64,000 nucleotides of DNA from a virus. The translations under genes were made by a program, and so were the position numbers. Below the pieces are notes generated by a model. The model worked only from the letters and a program-made list of their open reading frames with translations, had not been told where the DNA came from and did no database searches. Positions 1 through 9,498 of the stretch are shown piece after piece (position 1 is the first letter of the stretch; the number at the start of each line of letters is the position of its first letter). The stretch is taken from positions 9,935-73,934 of the IMG/VR virus record IMGVR_UViG_3300009085_000027; one strand, given 5' to 3'.

Positions 1-3000
1 GTGGGTTCCACCTTCACTTCCGCCCGTGATGTGTGGGTCGAAGAGTCCGCCAGGCTCGGGGCGGTCGTCCTTGCCACGAAGTGTACGGGTCGGTCGCTTG
101 ATTTCCCCTCGGCTCAGGGCGAGGGTCTCGGCATCAGTCCGCGGAATGATCCGAACGGTGCCTCCCTCGTTCTTCACGGTCGTGCCCATCGCTGTGAGCA
201 TGGCCTCGAACTTCTTGTAGACGAACGGGATCTGGGGCTTGGGTAGAACGGCGGCGCCGTTGGTCAGAGCGGCCCAGACCGCATGGGCCTGGGACTGGTC
301 CGACTTCAGGGTCTGCATTTCCTTGAGGTTGTCGTGAAGACCAGAGGCTAGAGCCGCATAGATCCCCAACGAGCCCAAGGACTGAGCTCCGTTGTGCCCA
401 CCACCACGAGGGATCTGGGTGTTGGCATCGTAGTGGAGCTTCGGCGTTCCCAGTGCTGGGAAACTCGGTCCGCCGCTGCGGACGTGGGTCTTCTTATCGA
501 TCTGGTGTTCGAGCTGGAACACGTAGTGGGGACCCACAGTGATGTCCCCGAGCTTCCTCCCCGTCTTGGGGTCGTAGAGAGCTTCTGTGTCCTTCAACCC
601 ATGGGACTTGAGCTCGCCCTGCAGCTTCTTCAGGTAGTCGACTCCGCCCTGGAAGTTCTTGACCACGTAGGCCTTGCCGGTCTTTTCCGCGATTCGACCC
701 GCGGCTGTCTCCAGGATCTGCCCCGGGTTGATACGACCCGGCACTGACACAGGATTGATCAAGATCTCAACGTGTTTGGACTCAGCATCATGTGGCATCT
801 CCTTGTCGGGAAGGATGCTGGCCACAATGCCCTTGGCACTGTGCCGGGTCGAGAGCTTCGACCCCACCTGGATTGGCTCCAGGGTCTTGACGTGGACCAC
901 GATTTGTCCACCCACGTTCTGGGCACGGACCACCTCACCGACATGGTCAGAGTCCCAGACCATGGAGGCGTTGTCATAGCGCTCACGTAGACGCTTGCCG
1001 ATCTTTGCAGCGGCTCGAGGGCCCGTGGCGATCAGCCTGGTATCTTCGTTGAGAGCCAGGACGAGTGGATCCCCGGGATGAACCTTGGTGCCGACCCTAA
1101 CGATTCCGTCGTCGCCAATCTTGTTGAGCTTGTCCAGGCCAAATACGGTGCCCTTGCTGCGGATAAAGCTCTTCTTGTCGACGGTGTGGTTGTCGGTGAC
1201 AAGCATGGAGGGCTTGTGCAAGTGCTCGGAGCTCAGCTTCTTCGCCGCAGACTCGGAGATTACGATGCCGTCTTCGTGGTTTGAGCCGTTAGCGATGTAG
1301 GCTACGCGGAGGTTAGTGCCGAGAGCGAGCTTGCCGCCCTTGGTGTAGTTGTTGTCTGCGACGATCTCTCCGGCCTTGACCTTGTCTCCGGGCTTCACCA
1401 AAGGTGTGGAGTGGAGTTCACCCTTGCTGTGGTTGGTCGGGTAGTGGTCGTAGAGGTCGACGGTGTGAGTCCCAGACTTCCCACGGATGACCACCTCGCC
1501 GGGCTTCACTGATACCACGACTCCGGCTTCCGGTGACTTTCGGGCCAAGAACCCGGAACCGACGAGGTCTTCAAAGGTGCGTCCGGCCCCGGCCTCGACC
1601 TGGACCTTGGGTGCTTCCCTTCCCGTGATGCTGATGGCCTGCGCCATGTGTCGGGCGCTCATCGTGCTGCGTCCGGCGCTGTCATTCTGCATGAACGGGA
1701 CGAGATTGGTCTCCACGGTGAAGACCTGTGTCGCCGACGGCATCACGTAGTGGGCATCACCCCAGGGTAGGTCGTCACGGATCTGGCCGTGACCATCACT
1801 CATCCTGGTGGTCTTCCCCCGCGGCGTTGGCTTGCCGCCCTTCCACACCACCTGGTCTGGGAGGATCACGGAGCTCACCGATGCCCTTGCGGCATCGACG
1901 TCCTCGAGCTTACCGGTGCGCAGGTTGTAGAGCCGGATGTGCGGCTTTCGATCCTTGACGGTGACTCCGAAAGCCTTGTGGGTGTTGACCCCGGTGTTGG
2001 ACTCCGGGGTGTAAACGGGGTCCAAGAATCCGAGGTGGCTGGGGTCCAGGGCGGTGTTGGACTTCGACAGTGCGTGCTGATTCTGGATGCCACCAGGCCC
2101 GGTGATGGTCACCAGGTTGTTGTCGCTGATCATTGTCAGCGGGTTGGTCTGCTTACCAACGGAGGTCAGCGACGTGGTGAAGACGTGATTCAGAGGGCGC
2201 TGAATCAAGTCAGGCATGAAGACGTCACGAAGGACCTGACGATCTCCAGAGGCTAGACGGCGTTGAACCGTGGGCTTGCTCAAAGCCTGCTGGACTCGGC
2301 GGGTGATTTCCGGGGAGGCCTGAGCGATACGCTCCATGAAGTGGTCCTTGGCCGACCACAACTCCTTGTACCGAAGGCTGTCGATTGGGTCGGGATCTTT
2401 GCGACCCGCACTGACATCCAAGAGCTTCTTCGACGCCTCAAAGAGAAGGGCGGCATTGACCTGAGAGGTACGCACCCCGAGATTGGCATGAGCCACTTCG
2501 GGGTCCAGCTTCGTGGACTCAAAAATCGCGTGGGTCTCATTGCGAAGATCTGCGGTGCTCGCCGGAGCTTCCTTCCGCCACACCTCGTAAAGGGACCGAA
2601 GGTTCTTGTCCACACTGGCCTTGGACTTCGAGGCGTGGAAGGTGGACTCACCCCAGGCCTTCTTCATGGCCTCATCCGTCACACCCATTGTGCTGAGTAC
2701 GGAGTAGAGCGGGATCTTGCGGGACCCCACCTTCATGTGGATGTACCCGGACTCATCGAGCTGTACGTCGAAGCTCCTGCCTTTGGCGAGCTGGAACTGG
2801 GCTTCGTACTCCCCTGGCTTCTCCGTGGCCTTGACGTAAGCACCTGGACGAAGACGCCACTGGTTCGCGATGGACTTCTCCTGCCCACCCATGATGTAGG
2901 AGTAGTGCCTGGTGAGCTTGGGGATCTTAGCGATCAGGGCATTGGGACGAGACACCACCGTCTTGTTCTCTTTGGTGTCAACGACCTCGATGGTCCCCAG

Positions 3001-3207
3001 GACTGGTACAGCCCAGGACTTACCCTCCAGCCGGGCCTTGGCCTGACCCTTGATGTCATCCGTGCCCAGGTGATCATCTACAGTAAGTCCGCTTACGCGA
3101 ACCTCGAATCGACCAGACCGATCTTTGATCGGAAAGGTCCCACTGATCTGTGTGAGGAGTTGTTCCTTGAGCTCCTCGAACTGGGCTTTTGGGTCGGAGG
3201 TGAGCAC
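1..3207 (-). CDS. rpoBC: DNA-directed RNA polymerase, fused beta (RpoB) + N-terminus of beta-prime (RpoC); runs off the left edge
   Basis: Manually translated, GTG start at 3207. RpoB motifs IPKLTRHYSYIMGGQEKSIANQWRLRPG, NHEDGIVISES, VGSKLSTRHSAKGIV, INPVSVPGRINPGQILE and AQSLGSLGIYAALASGLHDNLKEMQTLKSD are followed in frame by RpoC-like ALSRGEIKRP...RPEPGGLFDPHITG. The ORF track lists no ORF in this frame, consistent with no stop. Confidence 0.95.
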   Translation of the reverse strand, partial: MLTSDPKAQFEELKEQLLTQISGTFPIKDRSGRFEVRVSGLTVDDHLGTDDIKGQAKARLEGKSWAVPVLGTIEVVDTKENKTVVSRPNALIAKIPKLTRHYSYIMGGQEKSIANQWRLRPGAYVKATEKPGEYEAQFQLAKGRSFDVQLDESGYIHMKVGSRKIPLYSVLSTMGVTDEAMKKAWGESTFHASKSKASVDKNLRSLYEVWRKEAPASTADLRNETHAIFESTKLDPEVAHANLGVRTSQVNAALLFEASKKLLDVSAGRKDPDPIDSLRYKELWSAKDHFMERIAQASPEITRRVQQALSKPTVQRRLASGDRQVLRDVFMPDLIQRPLNHVFTTSLTSVGKQTNPLTMISDNNLVTITGPGGIQNQHALSKSNTALDPSHLGFLDPVYTPESNTGVNTHKAFGVTVKDRKPHIRLYNLRTGKLEDVDAARASVSSVILPDQVVWKGGKPTPRGKTTRMSDGHGQIRDDLPWGDAHYVMPSATQVFTVETNLVPFMQNDSAGRSTMSARHMAQAISITGREAPKVQVEAGAGRTFEDLVGSGFLARKSPEAGVVVSVKPGEVVIRGKSGTHTVDLYDHYPTNHSKGELHSTPLVKPGDKVKAGEIVADNNYTKGGKLALGTNLRVAYIANGSNHEDGIVISESAAKKLSSEHLHKPSMLVTDNHTVDKKSFIRSKGTVFGLDKLNKIGDDGIVRVGTKVHPGDPLVLALNEDTRLIATGPRAAAKIGKRLRERYDNASMVWDSDHVGEVVRAQNVGGQIVVHVKTLEPIQVGSKLSTRHSAKGIVASILPDKEMPHDAESKHVEILINPVSVPGRINPGQILETAAGRIAEKTGKAYVVKNFQGGVDYLKKLQGELKSHGLKDTEALYDPKTGRKLGDITVGPHYVFQLEHQIDKKTHVRSGGPSFPALGTPKLHYDANTQIPRGGGHNGAQSLGSLGIYAALASGLHDNLKEMQTLKSDQSQAHAVWAALTNGAAVLPKPQIPFVYKKFEAMLTAMGTTVKNEGGTVRIIPRTDAETLALSRGEIKRPTRTLRGKDDRPEPGGLFDPHITGGSEGGTH

Positions 3208-3213
3208 GGGTTG

Positions 3214-3219
3214 AGTTTA
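3214..3219 (-). promoter_or_regulatory. putative -10 box TAAACT, 6 nt before RNAP GTG (leaderless start)
   Basis: Same geometry recurs at six other starts. Confidence 0.55.
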
Positions 3220-3260
3220 CTCGCCTTGAAACGACAGGGTCAACGCGGGTCTCATCCATC

Positions 3261-3277
3261 CTATCAGATTGTGGAGG
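3261..3277 (+). promoter_or_regulatory. CTATCAG-N5-GGAGG upstream motif
   Basis: Repeated at 14064 and 30715, each at the head of a plus-strand unit. Confidence 0.5.
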
Positions 3278-3282
3278 TATTC

Positions 3283-3411
3283 ATGTTAGATCCAGCCGAA
3301 GACAGCCTAAGCGACTATGAGTCGTCGCTGTCTGACGCCCTTTTCTGGGACATCGAAGACACCGGGGACAGTGACGATTCAGAGTCCGAGGACGAGAAAG
3401 ACGGGGACTAG
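3283..3411 (+). CDS. small highly acidic protein (42 aa)
   Basis: GGAGG RBS then ATG; MLDPAEDSLSDYESSLSDALFWDIEDTGDSDDSESEDEKDGD. This is the 3' end of the listed 2263..3411 ORF. Confidence 0.65.
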   Translation: MLDPAEDSLSDYESSLSDALFWDIEDTGDSDDSESEDEKDGD

Positions 3412-3414
3412 CCA

Positions 3415-3510
3415 GTGGCATCAATCTTGATTTGGAGTTTCGTGGGTGGGTTCCTTGCCGGTCTGCTGGACGGTTTCCGTGAGTCTGGGATCTGGAGTTT
3501 GTTCGGATGA
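3415..3510 (+). CDS. small hydrophobic peptide (31 aa)
   Basis: GTG start after GGGGA; MASILIWSFVGGFLAGLLDGFRESGIWSLFG; fills the gap exactly and has an ATGA overlap with the next gene. Confidence 0.55.
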   Translation: MASILIWSFVGGFLAGLLDGFRESGIWSLFG

Positions 3511-3857
3511 AGTCCAAGGCATCCAGGGATCCGAGCGTTGAAATCAACACGCCGGAATGCCTGTGCTGTGCCGACCAACTGGAGCTACACGAGGAGTCCT
3601 TCGTCATGCTCCGTGGCGTTTGGATGATCTCTTCGGGGACGGGTCTACCAATCTTCGTATTGGACCCAGACACCGGGAACATCTGGGACAAGCTACCAAA
3701 CGGTCAGACCGTGATCGTCACAGATTACTTTGGACCCACGAAGCACGCCCACAAGGAATGCGTCGAGCGCCTGATCGACGAGGAGCTCGATGACGGGGTC
3801 ACAGACTCCGATGGTTTTGACGATGACTACGCCAACCTGGATACCGATCGGTACTGA
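3507..3857 (+). CDS. hypothetical protein, possible Zn-binding, acidic tail
   Basis: CLCC...HKEC; tight operon spacing. Confidence 0.7.
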   Translation: MKSKASRDPSVEINTPECLCCADQLELHEESFVMLRGVWMISSGTGLPIFVLDPDTGNIWDKLPNGQTVIVTDYFGPTKHAHKECVERLIDEELDDGVTDSDGFDDDYANLDTDRY

Positions 3858-3859
3858 GA

Positions 3860-4996
3860 ATGTATAACTACTCCCAAACCAAAGAACTTGTTCGACGCGA
3901 GCTACTGGCCCAAAACGCGGCTGTGGTGGCCAGGTCTTCTCAGGCCCTCAACATCCCACTCCTCCTGGGTCCTGTGGGTGGTGGCAAGACCAGTATCGCT
4001 CGGGGATTCGCTATCGAGTTCGGGCTCCAGCTCTGCGCCATCAACTCGGGAGAGAACTCCGATGCCACGGACCTGAGTGGTGTCCCGGTCCCGTCTAGAA
4101 TCGTGTCGAAGGAAGACAAGATCCCCTACATGCAATGGGTCTTGAACCGCTACGCCGCTACGGCTTGCTCGGAGCCGGTGTTTCTGTTCTTCGACGACTT
4201 GGACAAAGCACCCCCGCCGGTGCAGAGCGCACTACTCGGCATCACAGCCACCCGGATGTTCCGGGACCAAAAAATACACCCCGGCACACTCATCATGGGG
4301 GCCGGCAACCGCATTGATGACGACATCAATGCGAATGAGATCTCTGAGTCCCTGCGAACCAGGATGACCATCATCGAGATGTCACCGGATGTCATCTCAT
4401 TCTCCAACTACGGTGTCAGCAGCGGAGAAATCCATCCCGCCGTGATTGGCTACCTGCAGTACAAACCAGAGCACCTCTACAAGCACGAAACCGGTGTCAA
4501 TCGATTCCCCTGCCCCCGTGGGTGGTGGGAAGTGTCCCAGCAGTTCAGGCTCTTTCCAGATGCTGAGGAAGACCTCTTCAGCAATGGAGCCAAGGACAAC
4601 TGGAAAGGTATCGTTGACCGCAAGTGTGGTTCCCACATCGGCAATGACTTCTGGGCCTGGTACCAGGTCATCTCCAAGGTCGATATCAAGGGGATCCTCT
4701 CCGGGTCTTCTCGGCTTCAACAGGGCTCGGACAATGACCGCAGGATGTCGCAGTTCGCGGCGATCTTCGCCATCTCACAGGAGCTCAACCTGCGTGGGGT
4801 GAAGGCCGAGTACATCGGGCTGCCCACATTCGTCACGGACCTAGATCCTGAGATGCGGGTAGCGTTTGTCGTGCAGATCTCTCAGAAGGTGAGGGTCAGC
4901 ATCTCCACGATGTTCCCCGCCGCAGCCAACACCATGATGGCTCAGATCGTTCAGTCACAGAACGGGAAGAGTCGTCTCCAAGGGGCCACCCCATGA
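3860..4996 (+). CDS. MoxR-like AAA+ ATPase
   Basis: Walker A GPVGGGKT, DLSGVP, Walker B FFDDLDK, AGNR, SLRTRM, PCPRGW. Confidence 0.9.
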   Translation: MYNYSQTKELVRRELLAQNAAVVARSSQALNIPLLLGPVGGGKTSIARGFAIEFGLQLCAINSGENSDATDLSGVPVPSRIVSKEDKIPYMQWVLNRYAATACSEPVFLFFDDLDKAPPPVQSALLGITATRMFRDQKIHPGTLIMGAGNRIDDDINANEISESLRTRMTIIEMSPDVISFSNYGVSSGEIHPAVIGYLQYKPEHLYKHETGVNRFPCPRGWWEVSQQFRLFPDAEEDLFSNGAKDNWKGIVDRKCGSHIGNDFWAWYQVISKVDIKGILSGSSRLQQGSDNDRRMSQFAAIFAISQELNLRGVKAEYIGLPTFVTDLDPEMRVAFVVQISQKVRVSISTMFPAAANTMMAQIVQSQNGKSRLQGATP

Positions 4997-6216
4997 TAAA
5001 CAAGGCCAGCATCACAAACCGGGACGCGCATGAGGCAGTGCATGGCGCGATCACCGAGTTGATGATGCGATTCCCCCTTGCAGGACTATCCTGCTTGGGG
5101 GAGGCCGTTGTGATCGAGGAATGCAGCCATGCTGACAGCCTCAACACCGACGGCCGTTCCATCAGGTATTCACCGCATTGGATCATGCAGTCCACACACC
5201 GGGGTCGTATTTTTGATCTCCTCCATGAGTGGCTGCACATCTTCTTCAACCACGTTTTGAGGTGTCAGGACAGAAACCCCGAGGTGTGGAACATGGCCTG
5301 CGACATCATCGTTGTGGCCGAGGCCTGCAGGGTTCTATCCACCCCCAACGACACGTGGGAGCCACCCACAGACGGGGTGATACCTCCACCGTGGTCTGTG
5401 GGGCTCACCACTGAAGAGATCTATGACAAACTGGTGTCGAACCCACAGTCCAAGCCCCAGCCGAAGAGGCCAAAACCAGAAGGCACCGACACGCCTTCGA
5501 TTCAGGACTCATCCGACCTGAACTATGCCGGGGCCAAGGCCCTGGAAGCCAACCCGGAAAAGGAAGACGAGTTCTACCGCAAGTTCTCTTCCGAGCTGGC
5601 CCAGGCCAACCTGGTAATGCAGCAGATCTCGAACAAGAGCTCTGAAGACCTGTATGGCCCGGTGATTGGGTCGCGACTGAACCAAGTGCTACGCGGCAAG
5701 ATCCCTTGGAGTCGCCTGTTGAAGGGCGACATGCTGAAAGCCTTGGGGGATGAGTTCACGTCGTACTCACCACCAAAGATGAGGTACTACCCAGAAATCA
5801 TTCTTCCGACACTGAAGTCTCGACAGGAGAAGACACTTCTCATCGCCATCGACGACTCAGCCAGCGTCGGGGAGCGTCTGCACCGCGAGTTCGTAGCCAA
5901 TGTCATGCCTGCTGCGAACCGAGCGGAGTGGACTGTAGTAGTCACCTTCGATCAGATCATTCGAGAGACCATACGAACCAGGAAGCCGAAGGACATCATG
6001 AAGCAGGCCAAGTTCCTCAGTGGCATCCACTCCTGCACTGATGTGAGGCCGGTGTTCGAGTTGGCCAAGACAGTGAAGCCGTCGGCGATCGCTATCCTCA
6101 CCGACGGCTTCCTCTCGATACCAGACAAGCCAGTGCCCAACACGTTGTGGTGCATTCCCACCAATGGAAAATCCCAGCCCTGGGGGAAGAACTACGTCAT
6201 GGACATTACATGGTGA
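4993..6216 (+). CDS. metallopeptidase-like (HExxH) + vWA domain protein (DUF2201-like)
   Basis: LLHEWLH, WNMACD, MIDAS DDSASV, LTDG; typical partner of MoxR ATPases. Confidence 0.88.
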   Translation: MINKASITNRDAHEAVHGAITELMMRFPLAGLSCLGEAVVIEECSHADSLNTDGRSIRYSPHWIMQSTHRGRIFDLLHEWLHIFFNHVLRCQDRNPEVWNMACDIIVVAEACRVLSTPNDTWEPPTDGVIPPPWSVGLTTEEIYDKLVSNPQSKPQPKRPKPEGTDTPSIQDSSDLNYAGAKALEANPEKEDEFYRKFSSELAQANLVMQQISNKSSEDLYGPVIGSRLNQVLRGKIPWSRLLKGDMLKALGDEFTSYSPPKMRYYPEIILPTLKSRQEKTLLIAIDDSASVGERLHREFVANVMPAANRAEWTVVVTFDQIIRETIRTRKPKDIMKQAKFLSGIHSCTDVRPVFELAKTVKPSAIAILTDGFLSIPDKPVPNTLWCIPTNGKSQPWGKNYVMDITW

Positions 6217-7586
6217 TTGATCTTATCGAAAGTGCTGCAAAGCAGATGATTTCTGATCGCATGTGTGCTGTGTACAGCACACATGAGCATAAGACCTGGG
6301 ATGCGATACTTCTAGCTCTGGGGGAGAAGGCGAAGCCAACACTAGGTGGTTTGTTGAGCCGTGCAATCCCTGAGCGAAGCATGACGAAGTACGTCGAGTT
6401 CGGTATCCACCCAAGCGGCGCTATGGATTACGAACTTCCGGTGGAGCACTACTCCAAGGGCCGACTCATGCAGTCGCACCCCATTCATCTCACCGCGATG
6501 TTTGGGGGCGTACTGCGTAGCCCTGGTGAAGCCAAGCGGATGTATGCGGAGCACCTCGGGATGAGACAGCAGAACTTGGATGCGTCCAGGGGCATTCCCA
6601 AGAACCCGAGATACCCGACTCCGACCTTCCATGGCTTGTGGGGTCAAACCCACGTCCCTGGTTTCTCGGCAGAAGACTGCGGCATCGAACCACTGGAGTT
6701 TGATGATGCTGTCGACAACATCCACTTCGCGGCGTGGTACACCCAGCCCAGTGTTCGAGCCATTGTGGAGCGGCGCTTGACCACGGATCAGATCCTAACC
6801 TTGATCTACATCACAGAGTACAGCTCTACGACCTGGAGGACTGAACTGCAGAGTGTGGTCTACGCATCTACGATGCGGGACTGTACTTCTGACAGGGGTG
6901 GGAGCTTCCATTACGCAGCCCTAGCCGAGCTCCTTGGGTTCTGTACCCCGGAAAAGGCCAGGGACGTCATGGATCGCCTCAAGGGGGCGAGACGAGTTCT
7001 GCTCATCACAAGGCCCGACTCCACAACCAAAGACATGACCAATGGGCTTCGCGCGTTGGCCACCACCAACAATGAGGAGACCCTCGCACTGTTGTCCCGC
7101 CTGGGCAGAACCCCAGCATTCGAGGAGCTCTCTGCAGTCAAGGGTCGTGGGCTGGTCGACATACTCTACTACATGCCGTGGGAGCATCTCGAAGCCATGC
7201 TTCAGAGAGACGAAGACAGGATTCGTGGACTCCTGCTACGTCATGTCGATGGCGACTCGATCAGCAAGGTATCAGTGTGCTTGGTCGATCACAGGCATAG
7301 AAGGATATCGGCGAAGTACAGATCGAAGGGGTTGGACTCGAACTGGTCTACGCACTATACCGCCCTGGCGACACAGTACACCGCATGTAGAGATCTACGC
7401 AGCAAGCTCCTGTCTGCTACGGGGTCCCCCTTCGTTGCTGTGATGGCGGCACTAGACGTACTCGACGACAAAGCCGACATGATCAGGTCCATGCTACAGA
7501 AGCACCCCGACTACCCCAAGATCGAGTCTGTTCAGTCCGAGTATCGCGCACTGCCCACCGATGCGCTGAGTAGTTTTCGCGGGTGA
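6210..7586 (+). CDS. hypothetical protein (~458 aa)
   Basis: Long ORF; ATG at 6210 overlaps the upstream gene end; no recognised motif. Confidence 0.75.
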   Translation: MVIDLIESAAKQMISDRMCAVYSTHEHKTWDAILLALGEKAKPTLGGLLSRAIPERSMTKYVEFGIHPSGAMDYELPVEHYSKGRLMQSHPIHLTAMFGGVLRSPGEAKRMYAEHLGMRQQNLDASRGIPKNPRYPTPTFHGLWGQTHVPGFSAEDCGIEPLEFDDAVDNIHFAAWYTQPSVRAIVERRLTTDQILTLIYITEYSSTTWRTELQSVVYASTMRDCTSDRGGSFHYAALAELLGFCTPEKARDVMDRLKGARRVLLITRPDSTTKDMTNGLRALATTNNEETLALLSRLGRTPAFEELSAVKGRGLVDILYYMPWEHLEAMLQRDEDRIRGLLLRHVDGDSISKVSVCLVDHRHRRISAKYRSKGLDSNWSTHYTALATQYTACRDLRSKLLSATGSPFVAVMAALDVLDDKADMIRSMLQKHPDYPKIESVQSEYRALPTDALSSFRG

Positions 7587-7607
7587 TGGGGTAGTTTCGG
7601 TGGTGAG

Positions 7608-7633
7608 AGAAGAGGCCTCTGGGCCTCTTCTTT
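7608..7633. terminator. intrinsic, probably bidirectional terminator
   Basis: AGAAGAGGCC-TCTG-GGCCTCTTCT-TT hairpin between convergent genes. Confidence 0.8.
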
Positions 7634-7635
7634 GT

Positions 7636-9498
7636 CTACCTCCGCGGCGGAAGTACCTCGGGTTGTGGCCGCATGTCCACTCCAGGCTGTGGGGGCTGTT
7701 GCGGGGGTTCGGGCTGCTGTTGCTCCGGCATCACGACCTGGGCCAACTCCGGTGACTCCACCCTGAGCTGGGCCATGTAGGCCTCGCGCTGCTCCGCTGG
7801 CATGGAAGAGACCCTGCGGGCCAGGGCTGCGGCGACGCTGTCCAGTGGATAGCCCCCGACCTGGTGCAGCCTCGAGCCCTGGGCCTCGGCAAAGGGGTCT
7901 TTGGACTTCGTGGTCTCAGCTGACATGGCCTTCTGTGCCGCGCCCTGGGCCTCGGCCTGGTACTTCGCTGCAACCAACTGGGCTTCGCCCTGGATGTCGG
8001 CCTGCAAGAGTTGCTGCGACCGCATAGCCTTGGACTTCAAGTCCACTTCTCTGGCCTGGAGATCGACCTCGTCATCGATCTTGAGGTCGGCGTAAGACAG
8101 CAACGTAGCATCAGAGATCTTACTCATCTGACTGAGCTGAGCCATGTAGGCCTGGCGCTGGAGGTCATCAGCCATGCGGAAAGGCTTGAACCGGCCATCT
8201 GGAACAGGCCAGTTCAGGAAAGCCCCCATGCGCTTCATCACCCAGTGCAACAGACGCTTGTGGCCATGAACATTGCTGAGGAAGAAGTTCTCTAGCATCC
8301 GCATGCTCACCGAGGTCCCAGCGTAGTTGCCGTGGCCGAAGACCAGGTCGATGGGGAACCCCATACCGACAGCGATCTGCTCAGACATCTGCTGAATCTC
8401 TGGCATCAGGAGAAGGCTTCGACCGTTCTCACCAATGGTCTGGTGGCCCACGGGGAACGGCAGAATCCCGATGTAGGCCGGGTCCATTCTTTGCCTAGCG
8501 ATCTCGCGACGGATGTGATCACGCCAGTCAGCTAGGTTGATCGTCGTGAAAGGGTCCGCCCCAGCCGTTGCGGGTTGGGGGAACAAGAAAGTCTGTGGCA
8601 CGAGGTGCTGAAGCAGGATCGCTTCCTGGGCCTTCTTCATGACCTGGACGTAGAAGGCGTCCTTCAGCACGGGCATGATCAGTGGGATACCCCAACCACG
8701 ATTCATCGTGCTCAGGCTGGGCCGGCGTAGGTGGAAGACCTCGTTGCGGTCGAACACCAAGCTGCGCTTTGTAGTCACGGCTTCGAGGAACACCTCTGGT
8801 GTCGTGGCTACGAGGTCCTTCCGTCCCATCATGACCTGGCTACGAAAGTCCGGGGACAGGTCCAAGCCGTAGTCCATCCGGCCGGTGGCCTCATTGTAGA
8901 AGATGTGGACGTACTCCGGGTTCCACCGGATCATATTGATCTCGGCGTACTTCGGGTAGTAATCATCCCGGCTCTTCGCGAAGTCGGTCTGTCCGCACTT
9001 CGGGCACGTCAGCCAGAACTTGTGATTCACGTACCGCCAGTGTGGGCGGCTCATCACGGCGTCATGCTCGGCGTTGCAGAGCGCGCAGATCACCTTCTTG
9101 CGGAATGGGAAGCTCGGGCTGACGAAGGCATTGCCGTAGACGTGAAAGTCCAGGTTGATCTCGAACTGGTGAACCCGGTAGTTCATCACTCCGAGAAGGA
9201 GCTCCTCCCACTTGTTCACCACGCCACGATCCTTGTGCTGAAGGATTAGGTCGGTGACTGGATACTCCGATGCCTTGGTGCAGATCGCGTTGATGATGCC
9301 GTGAGTCAGGTGATAGAACCTGCAGAACCCGAACAGGGCTTTGACTGTAGGTGGGGTGTAGGTACTGGCATGGTCGAAGAAGGGGTTGGCAAAGGGCTGA
9401 TACCTTCGGCCCAAGATCTGTGACCGACTCGCCGTACCCTCGAACTGTGCGGATCGTGAAGCCCCAAAGGCTGCGCCACCACCACTAAAGAACGTCAT
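7636..9498 (-). CDS. phage portal protein with Zn-ribbon insertion
   Basis: Portal-like pattern DFHVYGNAFVS, IRWNP, EVFHLRRPSLS...GWGIP, IAVGMGFP; inserted CALC...CPKC; Gln/Pro-rich tail. Confidence 0.75.
   Translation of the reverse strand: MTFFSGGGAAFGASRSAQFEGTASRSQILGRRYQPFANPFFDHASTYTPPTVKALFGFCRFYHLTHGIINAICTKASEYPVTDLILQHKDRGVVNKWEELLLGVMNYRVHQFEINLDFHVYGNAFVSPSFPFRKKVICALCNAEHDAVMSRPHWRYVNHKFWLTCPKCGQTDFAKSRDDYYPKYAEINMIRWNPEYVHIFYNEATGRMDYGLDLSPDFRSQVMMGRKDLVATTPEVFLEAVTTKRSLVFDRNEVFHLRRPSLSTMNRGWGIPLIMPVLKDAFYVQVMKKAQEAILLQHLVPQTFLFPQPATAGADPFTTINLADWRDHIRREIARQRMDPAYIGILPFPVGHQTIGENGRSLLLMPEIQQMSEQIAVGMGFPIDLVFGHGNYAGTSVSMRMLENFFLSNVHGHKRLLHWVMKRMGAFLNWPVPDGRFKPFRMADDLQRQAYMAQLSQMSKISDATLLSYADLKIDDEVDLQAREVDLKSKAMRSQQLLQADIQGEAQLVAAKYQAEAQGAAQKAMSAETTKSKDPFAEAQGSRLHQVGGYPLDSVAAALARRVSSMPAEQREAYMAQLRVESPELAQVVMPEQQQPEPPQQPPQPGVDMRPQPEVLPPRR

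Noticed and set aside
1-3207. Bacterial chromosomal rpoBC locus
   Set aside because: No ribosomal protein or nusG neighbours, strongly divergent motifs, and surrounding portal, baseplate and phage replication genes
2263-3282. 382-aa plus-strand ORF 2263..3411 and other plus-strand ORFs in 1..2256
   Set aside because: Antisense shadows of the RNAP gene; only the last 42 codons have an RBS and lie outside it
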